Source: an uncultured Gemmatimonadales bacterium
GTDB lineage: Bacteria > Gemmatimonadota > Gemmatimonadetes > Gemmatimonadales > GWC2-71-9
Reading direction: 5' to 3'
Assembly (NCBI GenBank): GCA_963739455.1
Contig: CAVUAK010000001.1
Location: 704,001 to 768,000 of the forward strand
Length of the DNA stretch: 64,000 nt
Part shown: positions 1 to 9,259 of the stretch, piece after piece
Layout of the letters: each line of letters starts with the position of its first letter
Position numbering within the stretch: position 1 is the stretch's first letter
Program-made: the position numbers and the translations under genes
Notes under the pieces: generated by a model
The model's input: the letters and a program-made list of their open reading frames with translations, nothing else
Databases searched by the model: none
What the model was told of the DNA's origin: nothing

Positions 1-144
1 GTGTGTGATGCCGATGAGCCGGCGCACGGATGAGGTGGACTTGGTGGCGCCGTTGGCGACGGTGAGTGCGAGGCCGCCGAGCGTAGCAAAGGCCAGCAGC
101 ACACCCAGAATGTGCAGGACCTTGTAGGTTTCGTACGGGATCAT
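1..144 (-). CDS. Small membrane protein, 5' part only (runs off the window)
   Basis: Own translation from ATG at 144: MIPYETYKVLHILGVLLAFATLGGLALTVANGATKSTSSVRRLIGITH, with a hydrophobic helix; not in ORF track. Confidence 0.7.
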   Translation of the reverse strand, partial: MIPYETYKVLHILGVLLAFATLGGLALTVANGATKSTSSVRRLIGITH

Positions 145-171
145 GACTGCCCTCGAGGAGAAGACGACGAC

Positions 172-1626
172 GTGACGAGCCGACAAGGTAGGGCCATCGC
201 GGCCGTCGCGGGACCCCTCGCCTACCTGGCGTGCGTGCGCATGGGTCCTGCGGCACTCGGCCCCGACCAGCGCGAGGTGCTGGGCGTCGGCGCATGGATG
301 CTGCTCTGGTGGCTCACCGAGCCGGTGCCGCTCGCGATCACTTCCCTCCTGCCGATCATTGTCCTTCCGCTCTTCGGCGTCGTGACGATGCGGGACATCA
401 CCGCACCGTATGCCAGCGAGATGATCTTCCTCTTCCTCGCCGGCTTCCTGCTTGCAGCCGCACTCGAGTTCTGGGGCGCCCACCTGCGCCTCGCATTGCG
501 CATCGTGTCGGCCGCCGGACGGAACGGCAAGCGCATCGTGCTGGCGCTCATGGTGGCCACCGCGTTCCTCTCCATGTGGATCTCGAACACGGCCACCGCG
601 GCGATGATGTATCCCATCGCGATGGCACTGGGCCAGCTGTTCGGCGAGGGCGCTCCCGCCGATCGCATCCGCTCATCACTCTTCCTCGGCCTTGCGTACG
701 CCGCATCGATCGGCGGCATGGGCACCCTCATCGGTACCCCTCCCAACCTGATCTTTGCTGCAGCGGCGAAAGAGCTGCTCGGGCAGCCGGTGGACTTTGC
801 GCGCTACCTGCTCATTGGCGTACCGTGCGTGATCGTGCTCGTGCCCGCCTGCTGGGCGCTGCTCACGTACGTTCTCTTTCCGAGCAATGCCGAGCTGGGT
901 GAAGCGGCGGAACACGCGGTGGCGGCGCGGCGCGAGCGCCTGGGCAAGTTCAAGGGCGGCGAACGCGCGACGATCGTGGTGTTCGGCCTCACGGCGCTCG
1001 CCTGGATCTTCCGCGAACCGAAGCAGCTCGGCGGCCTGTCGATCCCGGGTCTTACGGCGCTGGCGCCGGGGCTCAGCGACGCCGCAATCGGACTCACCGG
1101 CGCACTCGCGCTGTTCCTCATTCCGGCGAAGGACGTGACGGGCGCACGTCGCCGGCTGCTCAGCTGGCACGAGGCAAAGGGAATTCCGTGGGAGGTCCTG
1201 CTCCTCTTCGGCGGCGGCCTTGCCCTCGCATCCGCCACGGAACTGGTGGGCCTGACCCAGTGGTTCGGCGAGCAGGTGACGGGGCTGCAGGGGGCCTCGC
1301 CGTTCATCGTGCTCCTCGTGGTGGCCGCCGGCACGGTGCTGCTCAGCGAACTCGCGTCGAATACCGCGGTCGCGGCGATGGCGATGCCGATTGCGGCGGG
1401 CCTCGCGTCGGGTGCCGAGCTGCCGGCGATCCGGGTCATGGCGGTGGCGGCGCTGGCAGCTTCGGTCGGCTTCGCGCTGCCGATCGCGACGCCGCCGAAC
1501 GCCATTGCCTACGGCTCGGGCCGGGTCAGTGCGCGGCAGATGCTGCGCGCCGGGCTCGTCATGGATGTCATTGCCGTGATCGTCATCGTCGCGGTGGTGC
1601 TACTGCTCGGTCCGGTCGCGGGGTGA
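172..1626 (+). CDS. SLC13/DASS family sodium:dicarboxylate/sulfate symporter
   Basis: Many TM helices; motifs SMWISNTATAAMM, GTLIGTPPN, ALPIATPPNAIAY; GTG 172 follows GAGGAG. Confidence 0.9.
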   Translation: MTSRQGRAIAAVAGPLAYLACVRMGPAALGPDQREVLGVGAWMLLWWLTEPVPLAITSLLPIIVLPLFGVVTMRDITAPYASEMIFLFLAGFLLAAALEFWGAHLRLALRIVSAAGRNGKRIVLALMVATAFLSMWISNTATAAMMYPIAMALGQLFGEGAPADRIRSSLFLGLAYAASIGGMGTLIGTPPNLIFAAAAKELLGQPVDFARYLLIGVPCVIVLVPACWALLTYVLFPSNAELGEAAEHAVAARRERLGKFKGGERATIVVFGLTALAWIFREPKQLGGLSIPGLTALAPGLSDAAIGLTGALALFLIPAKDVTGARRRLLSWHEAKGIPWEVLLLFGGGLALASATELVGLTQWFGEQVTGLQGASPFIVLLVVAAGTVLLSELASNTAVAAMAMPIAAGLASGAELPAIRVMAVAALAASVGFALPIATPPNAIAYGSGRVSARQMLRAGLVMDVIAVIVIVAVVLLLGPVAG

Positions 1627-2510
1627 GCGAGAAGGCCACTGACCAGGCCCCGAGCGAAAACCCGCTGAGTCGCGTCGACGCCAGGATTGTCGGTCTTCGC
1701 CTCGGGTTCCGGATCCTCGGACCGCTGCTACCTGGGCCAGCAGCACGGGTGGCGGAGCGGCTCTTCACTCGTCCACCGCACCATCCGGTGCGCGAGTCCG
1801 AGGAGGATTTCCTGGTGTCGGGCGCCCGATTCTCGGTTCCGCTCGACGGCCACAAGCTCGCCTGCTGGAGCTGGGGCGATGGCCCCGTCGTCCTGGTGAT
1901 GCATGGCTGGGGCAGTCGCGCGGGCCGGTTTCGACACTTCGTGCCGGCGCTGCGCCAACTCGGGTTCCGCGTTGTCGCGCTCGATGGACCGGGGCACGGT
2001 CGCACCGGCGGCACCAGCGCTTCGCTCCCCCAGTTTGCGGCCGCCGTCACCGCGGTCGCCGACGCAGTTGGACCGGTCCGGGCGTTCATCGGGCATTCGC
2101 TTGGCGGTGCCGCGATCCTGTTCGCCATGTCCCGCTCAGTGCCGCCCGCCCCCGCCGCGCTGATCGCTCCCCCATCCGACCCCGCGATCTACTGGCGACG
2201 CTTCGTTCGTCACCTGCACGTTCCGCCATCGGTGCGGCGACGCCTCCAGCACCGCCTTCAGGAGCGGTTCGGACTCGAGTGGAGTGACCTGGACCTGCTG
2301 CCGGCGGCGGCGCGGCTCCAGGTGCCGCTCCTCGTCATCCACGACGAGGGCGACGACGATGTCCCCGCGGACAATGGCCGCGGACTCGCTGCGGCGGCAC
2401 CCCGGGGCCGGCTGGTCCTGACCAGCGGCCTCGGTCACCGGGCCATCATGCGGGACCCCGACGTGGTGCGCATGGTGGTGGAGTTCATTGATGCTGAGGT
2501 ATCCCGGTGA
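1623..2510 (+). CDS. Alpha/beta hydrolase
   Basis: HGWGS, GHSLGG nucleophile elbow, HDEGDDDV, GLGHRAI; GTGA overlap with upstream stop. Confidence 0.85.
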   Translation: MSEKATDQAPSENPLSRVDARIVGLRLGFRILGPLLPGPAARVAERLFTRPPHHPVRESEEDFLVSGARFSVPLDGHKLACWSWGDGPVVLVMHGWGSRAGRFRHFVPALRQLGFRVVALDGPGHGRTGGTSASLPQFAAAVTAVADAVGPVRAFIGHSLGGAAILFAMSRSVPPAPAALIAPPSDPAIYWRRFVRHLHVPPSVRRRLQHRLQERFGLEWSDLDLLPAAARLQVPLLVIHDEGDDDVPADNGRGLAAAAPRGRLVLTSGLGHRAIMRDPDVVRMVVEFIDAEVSR

Positions 2511-2806
2511 TCGTGATGGACCGGGTAAACGCGCTCGCGCCCGGCTGGTCGCATGTGCTCTCCACCACCAATGACCTGGCCGAGCTCGATGCATTCCGGA
2601 TCAGGGTGGGTGCGCCACGGCAGGCGTTTCACCTGCGTGGACGCCGGCCGCATCTCGACCTCAAGGACGCACCCCGACACCTGGCGCTGATACAGCCGGA
2701 TGTGAGGGTGTTTGAGAGGACCAGTGAGATGCTGCGGTTTCTCAAGGAACTGCGTGAGGAGGAACGGCGACTGCGTGAGGGGGAACTGCAACCGCGTGGG
2801 GAGTGA
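2507..2806 (+). CDS. DUF4031-like small protein
   Basis: WSHVLS..DLAELDAF..RVG..AFH..PHLDL pattern; coupled overlap with upstream stop. Confidence 0.55.
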   Translation: MIVMDRVNALAPGWSHVLSTTNDLAELDAFRIRVGAPRQAFHLRGRRPHLDLKDAPRHLALIQPDVRVFERTSEMLRFLKELREEERRLREGELQPRGE

Positions 2807-2811
2807 GGGGG
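2747..2811 (+). repeat. CGTGAGGA-core repeat, about 21-nt period, encoding the C-terminus of the 2507 ORF
   Basis: 19-mer GAACTGCGTGAGGAGGAAC identical to 46751-46769; about 41 nt alignable with 5 mismatches. Confidence 0.75.
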
Positions 2812-2815
2812 CTCG

Positions 2816-3259
2816 ATGATGCGAACGGTTGTGGGCAGCGTCGCGGGGCCGATCGCGGCGGGCGCAATCGCGGTGCTGGCCCGGGCGATGAATGGCCGCA
2901 AGCTGCGCCCGCTGTCGAAGCGCGAGCGAAGCGACCTGGAAGGCGTGGTGCCCGGGCTCGACCTGATGCGCGTACGCGTGGCTGAGGGATGCCGGCTGCC
3001 ACTACTGCCGGAGTTTGTCGCGATCACGCTGGGCCGGTCGATCTACGTGCGCGGCCACCTGGCGCGGCGGTCGTCCACGCTGCTGGCCCATGAGCTGGCG
3101 CACGTGCGGCAGTTCACCGAAAAGGGATGGCTCGCCATGACGGCGGGCTATGCCACACTCTGGCTGCAGCACGGCTATGCAAACCACCCGATGGAAACGG
3201 AGGCACGGGCCGCCGAGAAGGCCTTTGCGTCGCGGCCCAGGGCTACGGGACCGCGCTAG
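2816..3259 (+). CDS. DUF4157-like zincin (HExxH) domain protein
   Basis: AITLGRSIY and LLAHELAHVRQ, PMETEA. Confidence 0.7.
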   Translation: MMRTVVGSVAGPIAAGAIAVLARAMNGRKLRPLSKRERSDLEGVVPGLDLMRVRVAEGCRLPLLPEFVAITLGRSIYVRGHLARRSSTLLAHELAHVRQFTEKGWLAMTAGYATLWLQHGYANHPMETEARAAEKAFASRPRATGPR

Positions 3260-3262
3260 CGG

Positions 3263-3844
3263 TCAGCCTGGATGCAAACCGAAGGTGACGTGGATGTGCA
3301 CAGTGATATGCTCGTTCATCTTGAGCACGCCAAGGAACTTGCTGAGGCCCCCGATCTTGTAGTCCTTCAGGTTGAGTGGGGCGCTCGAGTCAATGGTGAT
3401 CGTCTCGTCGTGTCGCACGACGACTGCAGGCAATTCGACGGCCTGCGTCACGCCGTGAATGATGAAGTCCCCGCCCAGCACGGCGTCAGTGGAGTCGCCG
3501 CGCTCCGTCGTCACGCTCACCGTCTTCAGCTCAAATCGAATCGTCGGGAAGGTATCCGACTCCATCGACTTGTTGAGATCCCTGTCGCGCTTGTCGTTTC
3601 CGGTGACAAGCGTGTTTACCGGAGCCTCGACGAAGCCGCGCACATCGGCGAGTGAGGGCCCACCCGTCATGGAACCGCTGACGGTGTGCGTCACGCCGGT
3701 GAAATCGCCGGCCGTCGCCTTGCCGTCGAAGCTGAGGGTGCCCTCGGCGACGGAGCCGTTCGGCACGCCCTGCTGCGCAGCCATCGCATCCGCGCCGCAG
3801 CACAGGACGACGAGCAGGGCCGCGAGCCCGACCGCGCGACTCAA
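3263..3844 (-). CDS. YceI family secreted lipid/polyisoprenoid-binding protein
   Basis: Signal peptide; TGNDKRDRDL, FPTIRF, IHGVT. Confidence 0.85.
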   Translation of the reverse strand: MSRAVGLAALLVVLCCGADAMAAQQGVPNGSVAEGTLSFDGKATAGDFTGVTHTVSGSMTGGPSLADVRGFVEAPVNTLVTGNDKRDRDLNKSMESDTFPTIRFELKTVSVTTERGDSTDAVLGGDFIIHGVTQAVELPAVVVRHDETITIDSSAPLNLKDYKIGGLSKFLGVLKMNEHITVHIHVTFGLHPG

Positions 3845-4704
3845 TTCCCCAGCTTTCCGAGCGCGGCGCGGATGGTGAGGCTGACACTGCTGCCGTAGGT
3901 CACCAGGGTGTAGAACTGGCCCGTCACCGACCAGCGTCGCGCCAGTTCCCAGGTCAGGCCGCCGAAAATTGCGGCCGCATTCAGTGTCGCCTCTACCCGA
4001 TTGTCATCGAGGATGCCATCGCGGTTGGTGAAGTTGACCTGGAACGTCGGCATCAGGCGGGTATAGCCACCGCCGATGTAGGGACGCACCGCGCCCTGGT
4101 TGAGGAACGCGCCAAGTGTCAGGTCGGCGCCGTAGACGGCCGGATTGAACGAGTCATCCGACGGCGTGCCCTGATAACAGGAGTTCGCAGGGTTGAGCAC
4201 GTCCTGCTCATCACAGGTGAAAGCGCCGTGCACGCTGCCGAATGAGGCATTGACGCTCAGGTTGGCGATGATGACGCCGCCGATCGGCTGGGACGACCAG
4301 TCAGCGCCGAGCCCGATGATGTTCGCTGAGACGCCCGACACCGGAATCGGCGGAATCCACCCCGCGACGGCGGCGAAGCCCTTGCCGAGCCCGACACGAA
4401 TGCTCGGCTGTGCAGCGACGACGAGCTGGTTGGTGTTGGAGAGCGATTCTCCGGAGCCGCAGGTGGTGGGCGCCAGCGCGTCCTGGTCCACCTCGGGCAC
4501 GGTGAGGATGCCCAGCCCGAGCTCCACGCGTCCCGCCGTGGTGTGGCCAGGGCCACGTGTCGGCGTGAACGCAATGGCTACCGACTTGGTGCCCATCGTC
4601 TGTGCCTCGGGCGAGCCGGGAGCCGCGACACACGTACCCTGCGCTGCAAGCGGCGCTGCACCCAGCACCGCCAGCAGCGGAAGGATGTATTTCATCGACG
4701 ACAT
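3841..4704 (-). CDS. Secreted, probable outer-membrane beta-barrel protein
   Basis: Signal peptide; alternating beta-strand pattern (VRPYIGGGY); four Cys. Confidence 0.65.
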   Translation of the reverse strand: MSSMKYILPLLAVLGAAPLAAQGTCVAAPGSPEAQTMGTKSVAIAFTPTRGPGHTTAGRVELGLGILTVPEVDQDALAPTTCGSGESLSNTNQLVVAAQPSIRVGLGKGFAAVAGWIPPIPVSGVSANIIGLGADWSSQPIGGVIIANLSVNASFGSVHGAFTCDEQDVLNPANSCYQGTPSDDSFNPAVYGADLTLGAFLNQGAVRPYIGGGYTRLMPTFQVNFTNRDGILDDNRVEATLNAAAIFGGLTWELARRWSVTGQFYTLVTYGSSVSLTIRAALGKLGN

Positions 4705-4714
4705 GGCGCGGTCG

Positions 4715-5411
4715 CTAGTTGACCGTCACCGTGCCGGACATGCCATTGACGTTGCCGTTCGATGGGTTCCCACCATGCACCGTGCAGAAGAACTTGAAGG
4801 TGCCGGCGGTCGGGAACGTCGCTGAGTACTCGAACGGTGCATCCTGGACGCCCGGCAGGCCCGGGCTCGCCGGCAGCGGGGATGGGTTGCCGGTGTCCGG
4901 ACTCACGTTGTGGTTCGTGGCGCCGCTGGCCCACACAAACCGCACCGTCTGCCCGGCACTGATGGTGATGGTCGCGGGCGAGAACTGGGCTGCGTTGCCG
5001 GGGCCAACCGTGATGGTCGGAACGGTCGGCGACGTGGCGTTGAACGTGAGGGGGGAGCCGGTCGCGCCCGCCACGGAAGCGGTGGCTGTCTGCGCCCCAC
5101 CACCCGCACCGAGGGTCCAGTCGTGACCGCAACTCCGTTCGCGTCGGTGGTGCTTGTTGCCGGTGCGAGCGAGCCGCCGCTGGGCGTGGCCCAGGTGACG
5201 GTCGCACCGATTCTGGAGGATCCCACCATCGGCCACTACAACGCGCAGTGGATTTCGCAAGTGCGGCACCTGCGGTGCCGGACTGATTGTCGCCGCTATT
5301 GGTCGCCGTCTTCGCTACCGTGAGCGCGATCGGGTCACCGTTGTCGCTGCTGCAGGCCCCAAGCGTAGCAATAAGTGCGAGGCCAACGACGGCCCTGGAG
5401 GTAAGAGACAT
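4715..5411 (-). CDS. Lipoprotein with Ig-like domain and C-terminal plastocyanin/azurin-type cupredoxin (frameshifted at about 5120-5260)
   Basis: Lipobox LGAC; SGDNQSGTAG Ig-like start; type-1 Cu ligands HNVS...CTVH...GMSG. Confidence 0.8.
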
Positions 5412-5460
5412 TGTGCGCCTCACGCAGAAGGTGGTGATTGAAGACAAGACAGGTTCACGG

Positions 5461-5476
5461 TGCAAGAGGGATACCC
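5461..5476 (-). promoter_or_regulatory. Putative sigma-54 promoter (-24/-12)
   Basis: GGGTATCCCTCTTGCA (GG-N10-GC with TTGCA), 50 nt upstream of the ATG at 5411. Confidence 0.55.
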
Positions 5477-5567
5477 TGCACACATCTTCCTGCGTGTCAG
5501 TCACTTGGCCTGCTGCAAGGTCTCGCACTCGAGGGCGAATCGCCCGCCCCGTCGCGGATCGCCCGCG

Positions 5568-6428
5568 TCAGCGCGGCGGTCCAGTTTCGATGGGCAGGTC
5601 ATGGCGCTGTCCCCACTCCGTCCACGAACCATCGTAGAGCGAAATGTCCGTGACGCCGAGCACATGCAGTGCGAACAGCAGGCTGCACGCAGTGACACCT
5701 GACCCACACGAAGCAATGAGTGGCTGCTTTGTGTCGATGCCGGCGTTCGCGATGGTCGCGCGAAGTTCCGCCGGTGAGCGCAGCAGGCCACGGTCATCGA
5801 CGAGCTGCGCGTAGGGGATGTTCCTGCTGCCGGGTATGTGACCGCCACGAACGCCGGGGCGCGGCTCGGGCTCGGTCCCTTCGAACCTTCCGCGCGAGCG
5901 CATGTCGACGACCTGTGCGGTGCGCTGCTGCTGTGCTTCAAGCACCTGGGGCGCACTTCGCATCATGGCGGGGCGGAGAACTGCGCTGAAGTTTCCGCGC
6001 AGTGGAAGCCTCGCGTCGCCGAACTCCAGTGGGGCGCCGGCGTACTCCGTCCACGCGGCGAGGCCGCCGTCGAGCACGGAGACCGCATCATGCCCGAAAG
6101 CGCGGAACATCCACCAGGCGCGTGGCGCACTGAAGTTGGTGCCCGAGGCATCGTAGACGACGACATGATCGGTGCTGGAAACACCGAGTCGCGATACCAC
6201 CTCCGCGAACTGCGCCGCGGGCGGGAGGGTGTGCGGCAACGGCGACGCAGGATCGCTCGCGTCATCAATGTTGAAGAGCTGCGCGCCGGGGATGTGACCC
6301 ACGCGGAACTCGCCGTCGGGATCGCGGTTCATGCCCGTGAGGTACCAGGAGGCGTCAAGGACCCGGACACCGGGGTCGTCAAGATGGTCCCGAAGCCACC
6401 GAGCCGATACGAGGGGAGGAACAGGCAT
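5568..6428 (-). CDS. sseA: 3-mercaptopyruvate sulfurtransferase (tandem rhodanese)
   Basis: VLDASWYL, GHIPGA, CGSGVTA active loop, LYDGSWTEW. Confidence 0.92.
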   Translation of the reverse strand: MPVPPLVSARWLRDHLDDPGVRVLDASWYLTGMNRDPDGEFRVGHIPGAQLFNIDDASDPASPLPHTLPPAAQFAEVVSRLGVSSTDHVVVYDASGTNFSAPRAWWMFRAFGHDAVSVLDGGLAAWTEYAGAPLEFGDARLPLRGNFSAVLRPAMMRSAPQVLEAQQQRTAQVVDMRSRGRFEGTEPEPRPGVRGGHIPGSRNIPYAQLVDDRGLLRSPAELRATIANAGIDTKQPLIASCGSGVTACSLLFALHVLGVTDISLYDGSWTEWGQRHDLPIETGPPR

Positions 6429-6443
6429 GCATGAAGCTACTCC

Positions 6444-6466
6444 CCTCATGTCTTCACGTCCTCACG
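6444..6466 (-). repeat. CGTGAGGA octamer x3 (degenerate)
   Basis: cctcatg-t-cttcacg-t-cctcacg on + strand. Confidence 0.55.
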
Positions 6467-6526
6467 CCCAGTTTGACCGCACGATTCGGGTAGCCGCGCC
6501 ATCTGTGCGGCGCTAACGTGTGCACC

Positions 6527-7594
6527 ATGCGACGCGCCCTCAATCCCCGCACCGCCTGGCGGGCAGTGGAAAATCGTGATGCCCGTTCCGACGGGCGATT
6601 CGTGTACGCGGTGCAGTCCACGGGGATCTACTGCCGACCGAGCTGCCCGTCACGCAGGCCACGACGGGACCGGGTGCAGTTCTTCGCGGCACCGCGCGAC
6701 GCCGAAGAGGGCGGCTTCCGCGCCTGCCGACGCTGCCGACCGGAGCGCGCGGAAGCGCCACTCGCGGAACGCGTCCTTGCCATCATCGATGCCGCCGGCG
6801 GCAGCAACGTTCCGCTTGCCCGGCTGGCCGCGGAGCTTTCGGTGAGCCCGGCGCACCTGCAGCGCACGTTCACGCGAGCGCAGGGAATGAGCCCGCGGGC
6901 CTATGCGGAGCGGGTGCGCGGTGAGCGGATGCGGCAGTCGCTCCGCGCGGGACAGCCGGTGAGCCGAGCCACATACGACGCAGGATTCAATTCGAGCAGC
7001 CGGGCCTATGCCGCTTCAGCGCGCGCGCTCGGCATGACACCAGGGAGCTATCGCAGGGGAGGCGCAGGAATGGACATCCAGTACACACTCATCAACTCAT
7101 CACTCGGCCGGCTGCTCGTGGCCCGCACCGATCGTGGTATCTGCGCGGTGTATCCGGGGAACACTGACGCCACGCTGGAGCGCCAGCTCGCCGAGGAGTT
7201 TCCCAGGGCGGAGCGCCGGAAGGTGGCGACGCCATTCGCCGAGGCGCGACAGGTGCGCGATGCAGTCGACAAGGGTGCCAGGGAATTGCCGGCGTTCGAC
7301 GTAAGCGGAACCGACTTTCAGCGGCTGGTCTGGGCGGCCCTGGCCCGAATCCCGGCGGGGCAGACCCGCACCTATGGTGAAGTTGCGGAATCAATCGGGC
7401 GAGCGGGATCAGCCCGGGCGGTGGCCCGGGCCTGCGCGACGAACAATGTGGCAGTACTGGTGCCGTGCCACCGGGTCGTGCGGGGGGATGGCGGAATGGG
7501 AGGCTACCGGTGGGGCATTGAACGGAAAGAGACCCTGCTGGGGCGCGAGACAAAACAAGGGGAACAGGGAACAGGGAACTTGGAACAGGATTGA
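6527..7594 (+). CDS. ada: Bifunctional transcriptional regulator / O6-methylguanine-DNA methyltransferase Ada
   Basis: YCRPSC and CRRC zinc site, AraC HTH, PCHRV active site. Confidence 0.95.
   Translation: MRRALNPRTAWRAVENRDARSDGRFVYAVQSTGIYCRPSCPSRRPRRDRVQFFAAPRDAEEGGFRACRRCRPERAEAPLAERVLAIIDAAGGSNVPLARLAAELSVSPAHLQRTFTRAQGMSPRAYAERVRGERMRQSLRAGQPVSRATYDAGFNSSSRAYAASARALGMTPGSYRRGGAGMDIQYTLINSSLGRLLVARTDRGICAVYPGNTDATLERQLAEEFPRAERRKVATPFAEARQVRDAVDKGARELPAFDVSGTDFQRLVWAALARIPAGQTRTYGEVAESIGRAGSARAVARACATNNVAVLVPCHRVVRGDGGMGGYRWGIERKETLLGRETKQGEQGTGNLEQD
7560..7587 (+). repeat. GGGAACA heptamer x4 within the ada 3' end
   Basis: gggaaca gggaaca gggaact tggaaca. Confidence 0.8.
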
Positions 7595-7613
7595 CCAAGG
7601 CGGCCGCTTCAAG

Positions 7614-7631
7614 CCTCACGTCCTCACGTCC
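7614..7631 (-). repeat. CGTGAGGA octamer x2
   Basis: cctcacgt cctcacgt cc on + strand. Confidence 0.5.
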
Positions 7632-7681
7632 CGTATTGACGCCCCGGCAGGTAGACCCTACGCTACAGGCAGGAGGTTCCC

Positions 7682-9199
7682 ATGCTTGCGTTCCTGCTTG
7701 CTACAGCGCTGGTCGGCACCAATCCCTCGGTGCCAGTCTCCGTCACCCTGAGCCAGAATGGACGCTACCTGCCCGGATCCGGGGTGCAGGTGACGGTCCA
7801 GCCCGGGGCCGACGGCTACCTGCTCGTCCTCAATGCCGATCCTGATGGGCGAGTGCGGGTTCTCTTCCCGCTCGACCCTACTGATGACGCGTTCGTGCGC
7901 GGAGGCAGGAAATACCAGCTGGAGGACCGTGGCGGCCGGAATACGGCGTTCGTGGTGGACTGGTCGAGTGGCAGCGGCACCATCTTCGCCGCGCTCTCCA
8001 AGGATCCGCTGCAGCCAGGTGACTTCGCACTCAACGGTCACTGGGACTACCGGAACCTGACGCTCAGCAGCGACGACGACGAGGTGGCCCTGCGCACCTT
8101 GGCGGAGCGGATCGCGCCGAGTGGCGTCCAGTACGATTTCTCCAAGTATTTCATCGGCGCCACGGATGTCGGCTTTGATGGCAGCCAGGGTGGCTTCGAT
8201 GGCGGCCAGACAGTGGTGAACGTTGGTCTCGGCGTTGGCTGGGGCATGGGCTGGGGAATGGGCATGGGATGGGGGTGGGGCGGCGGCTGGTGGGGTCCAG
8301 GATGGGGCTGGGGATGGGGTTGGGGCCCGGCCTGGGGCTGGGGTCCTGCCTGGGGTTGGGGACCTGGCTGGGGATGGGGTTGGGGCCCGGGATGGGGTTG
8401 GGGTGGCGGTTGCTGCTGGGGCGGCGGCGGTTGGGGTGGCGGCTGGGGAAATACCGCCGGCGCAATCACGCCGTATCGCTCGCGTGAACTGACGCGGACG
8501 TGGGGTGGTCAGGCGCATCCCGGTGCGCAGCCAGGAGGAGTCGGCGTGCAGGGAACGCTCTCGGGCGCGACCTCGACAACCGGCGGCTATCGTGATCGAA
8601 GCAGCAGCGATCCGGGAGTGCGCGGCTCGCTGTCGAACCCGGCGACGTCTTCGAGCAGGCGCCAGCCAGGTGCGGCGACAACGTCCAGTGCCGCACCTGC
8701 CGGTGGCGCATCACGACGGATGTCGGGCGGCCAGTCGGCGGCGAGCAATGCGAGTGGCGCAACCGCGCCCCGGGGTGACCGTGCTGCCGGTTCGCAGCAG
8801 GTGGCCATGGGCACGGGCAGACGCCAGACAAACGCACAGGGCTACCGTGCGCCGCTTCGCGGTGCGGGCGCCGCGTCAAGTGACATGGCGCGTCGTTCAG
8901 GTGGTGCCGCAGCGGGCAGCTACTCCGGCCGCGCAGGGACGACGGGTGGATCGCGCGCATACGGCGGAACGCGAAGTGGCGGCAGCAGCGCAGGGCGCAG
9001 CAGTCTTGGCTATGGCAGCCGGGGACCGAGCGCGTCGGGGAGTCGCGGGTATGGCGGGTATGGCGGATCGCGCGGCGCGTCCGGCGGCGGGATGTCGCGG
9101 GGAGGCGGCGGTGGCGGCGGTTCCCGAGGATTCAGTGGCGGCGGGGGCGGTGGTGGCAGGAGTGGCGGTGGCGGTGGTGGTGGCGGTGGACGACGCTAG
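7682..9199 (+). CDS. Secreted DUF4384-like domain protein with Gly-Trp repeat tract and Gly/Arg/Ser-rich tail
   Basis: RBS AGGAGG; N-terminal hydrophobic segment; DGYLLVLNADPDGRVRVLFP; GWGWGP repeats. Confidence 0.8.
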   Translation: MLAFLLATALVGTNPSVPVSVTLSQNGRYLPGSGVQVTVQPGADGYLLVLNADPDGRVRVLFPLDPTDDAFVRGGRKYQLEDRGGRNTAFVVDWSSGSGTIFAALSKDPLQPGDFALNGHWDYRNLTLSSDDDEVALRTLAERIAPSGVQYDFSKYFIGATDVGFDGSQGGFDGGQTVVNVGLGVGWGMGWGMGMGWGWGGGWWGPGWGWGWGWGPAWGWGPAWGWGPGWGWGWGPGWGWGGGCCWGGGGWGGGWGNTAGAITPYRSRELTRTWGGQAHPGAQPGGVGVQGTLSGATSTTGGYRDRSSSDPGVRGSLSNPATSSSRRQPGAATTSSAAPAGGASRRMSGGQSAASNASGATAPRGDRAAGSQQVAMGTGRRQTNAQGYRAPLRGAGAASSDMARRSGGAAAGSYSGRAGTTGGSRAYGGTRSGGSSAGRSSLGYGSRGPSASGSRGYGGYGGSRGASGGGMSRGGGGGGGSRGFSGGGGGGGRSGGGGGGGGGRR

Positions 9200-9209
9200 G
9201 GCAGGCATG

Positions 9210-9237
9210 AGGGCGAACCAGCACGGTTCGCCCTTTT
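9210..9237 (+). terminator. Intrinsic terminator
   Basis: GGGCGAACC-agcac-GGTTCGCCC-TTTT. Confidence 0.8.
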
Positions 9238-9259
9238 GACATCCCTGTACATTTCACGC

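Noticed and set aside
2816..3259. DUF4157 protein as a marker of a contractile injection or toxin system
   Set aside because: No sheath, tube, baseplate, toxin or immunity genes nearby; short stand-alone domain.
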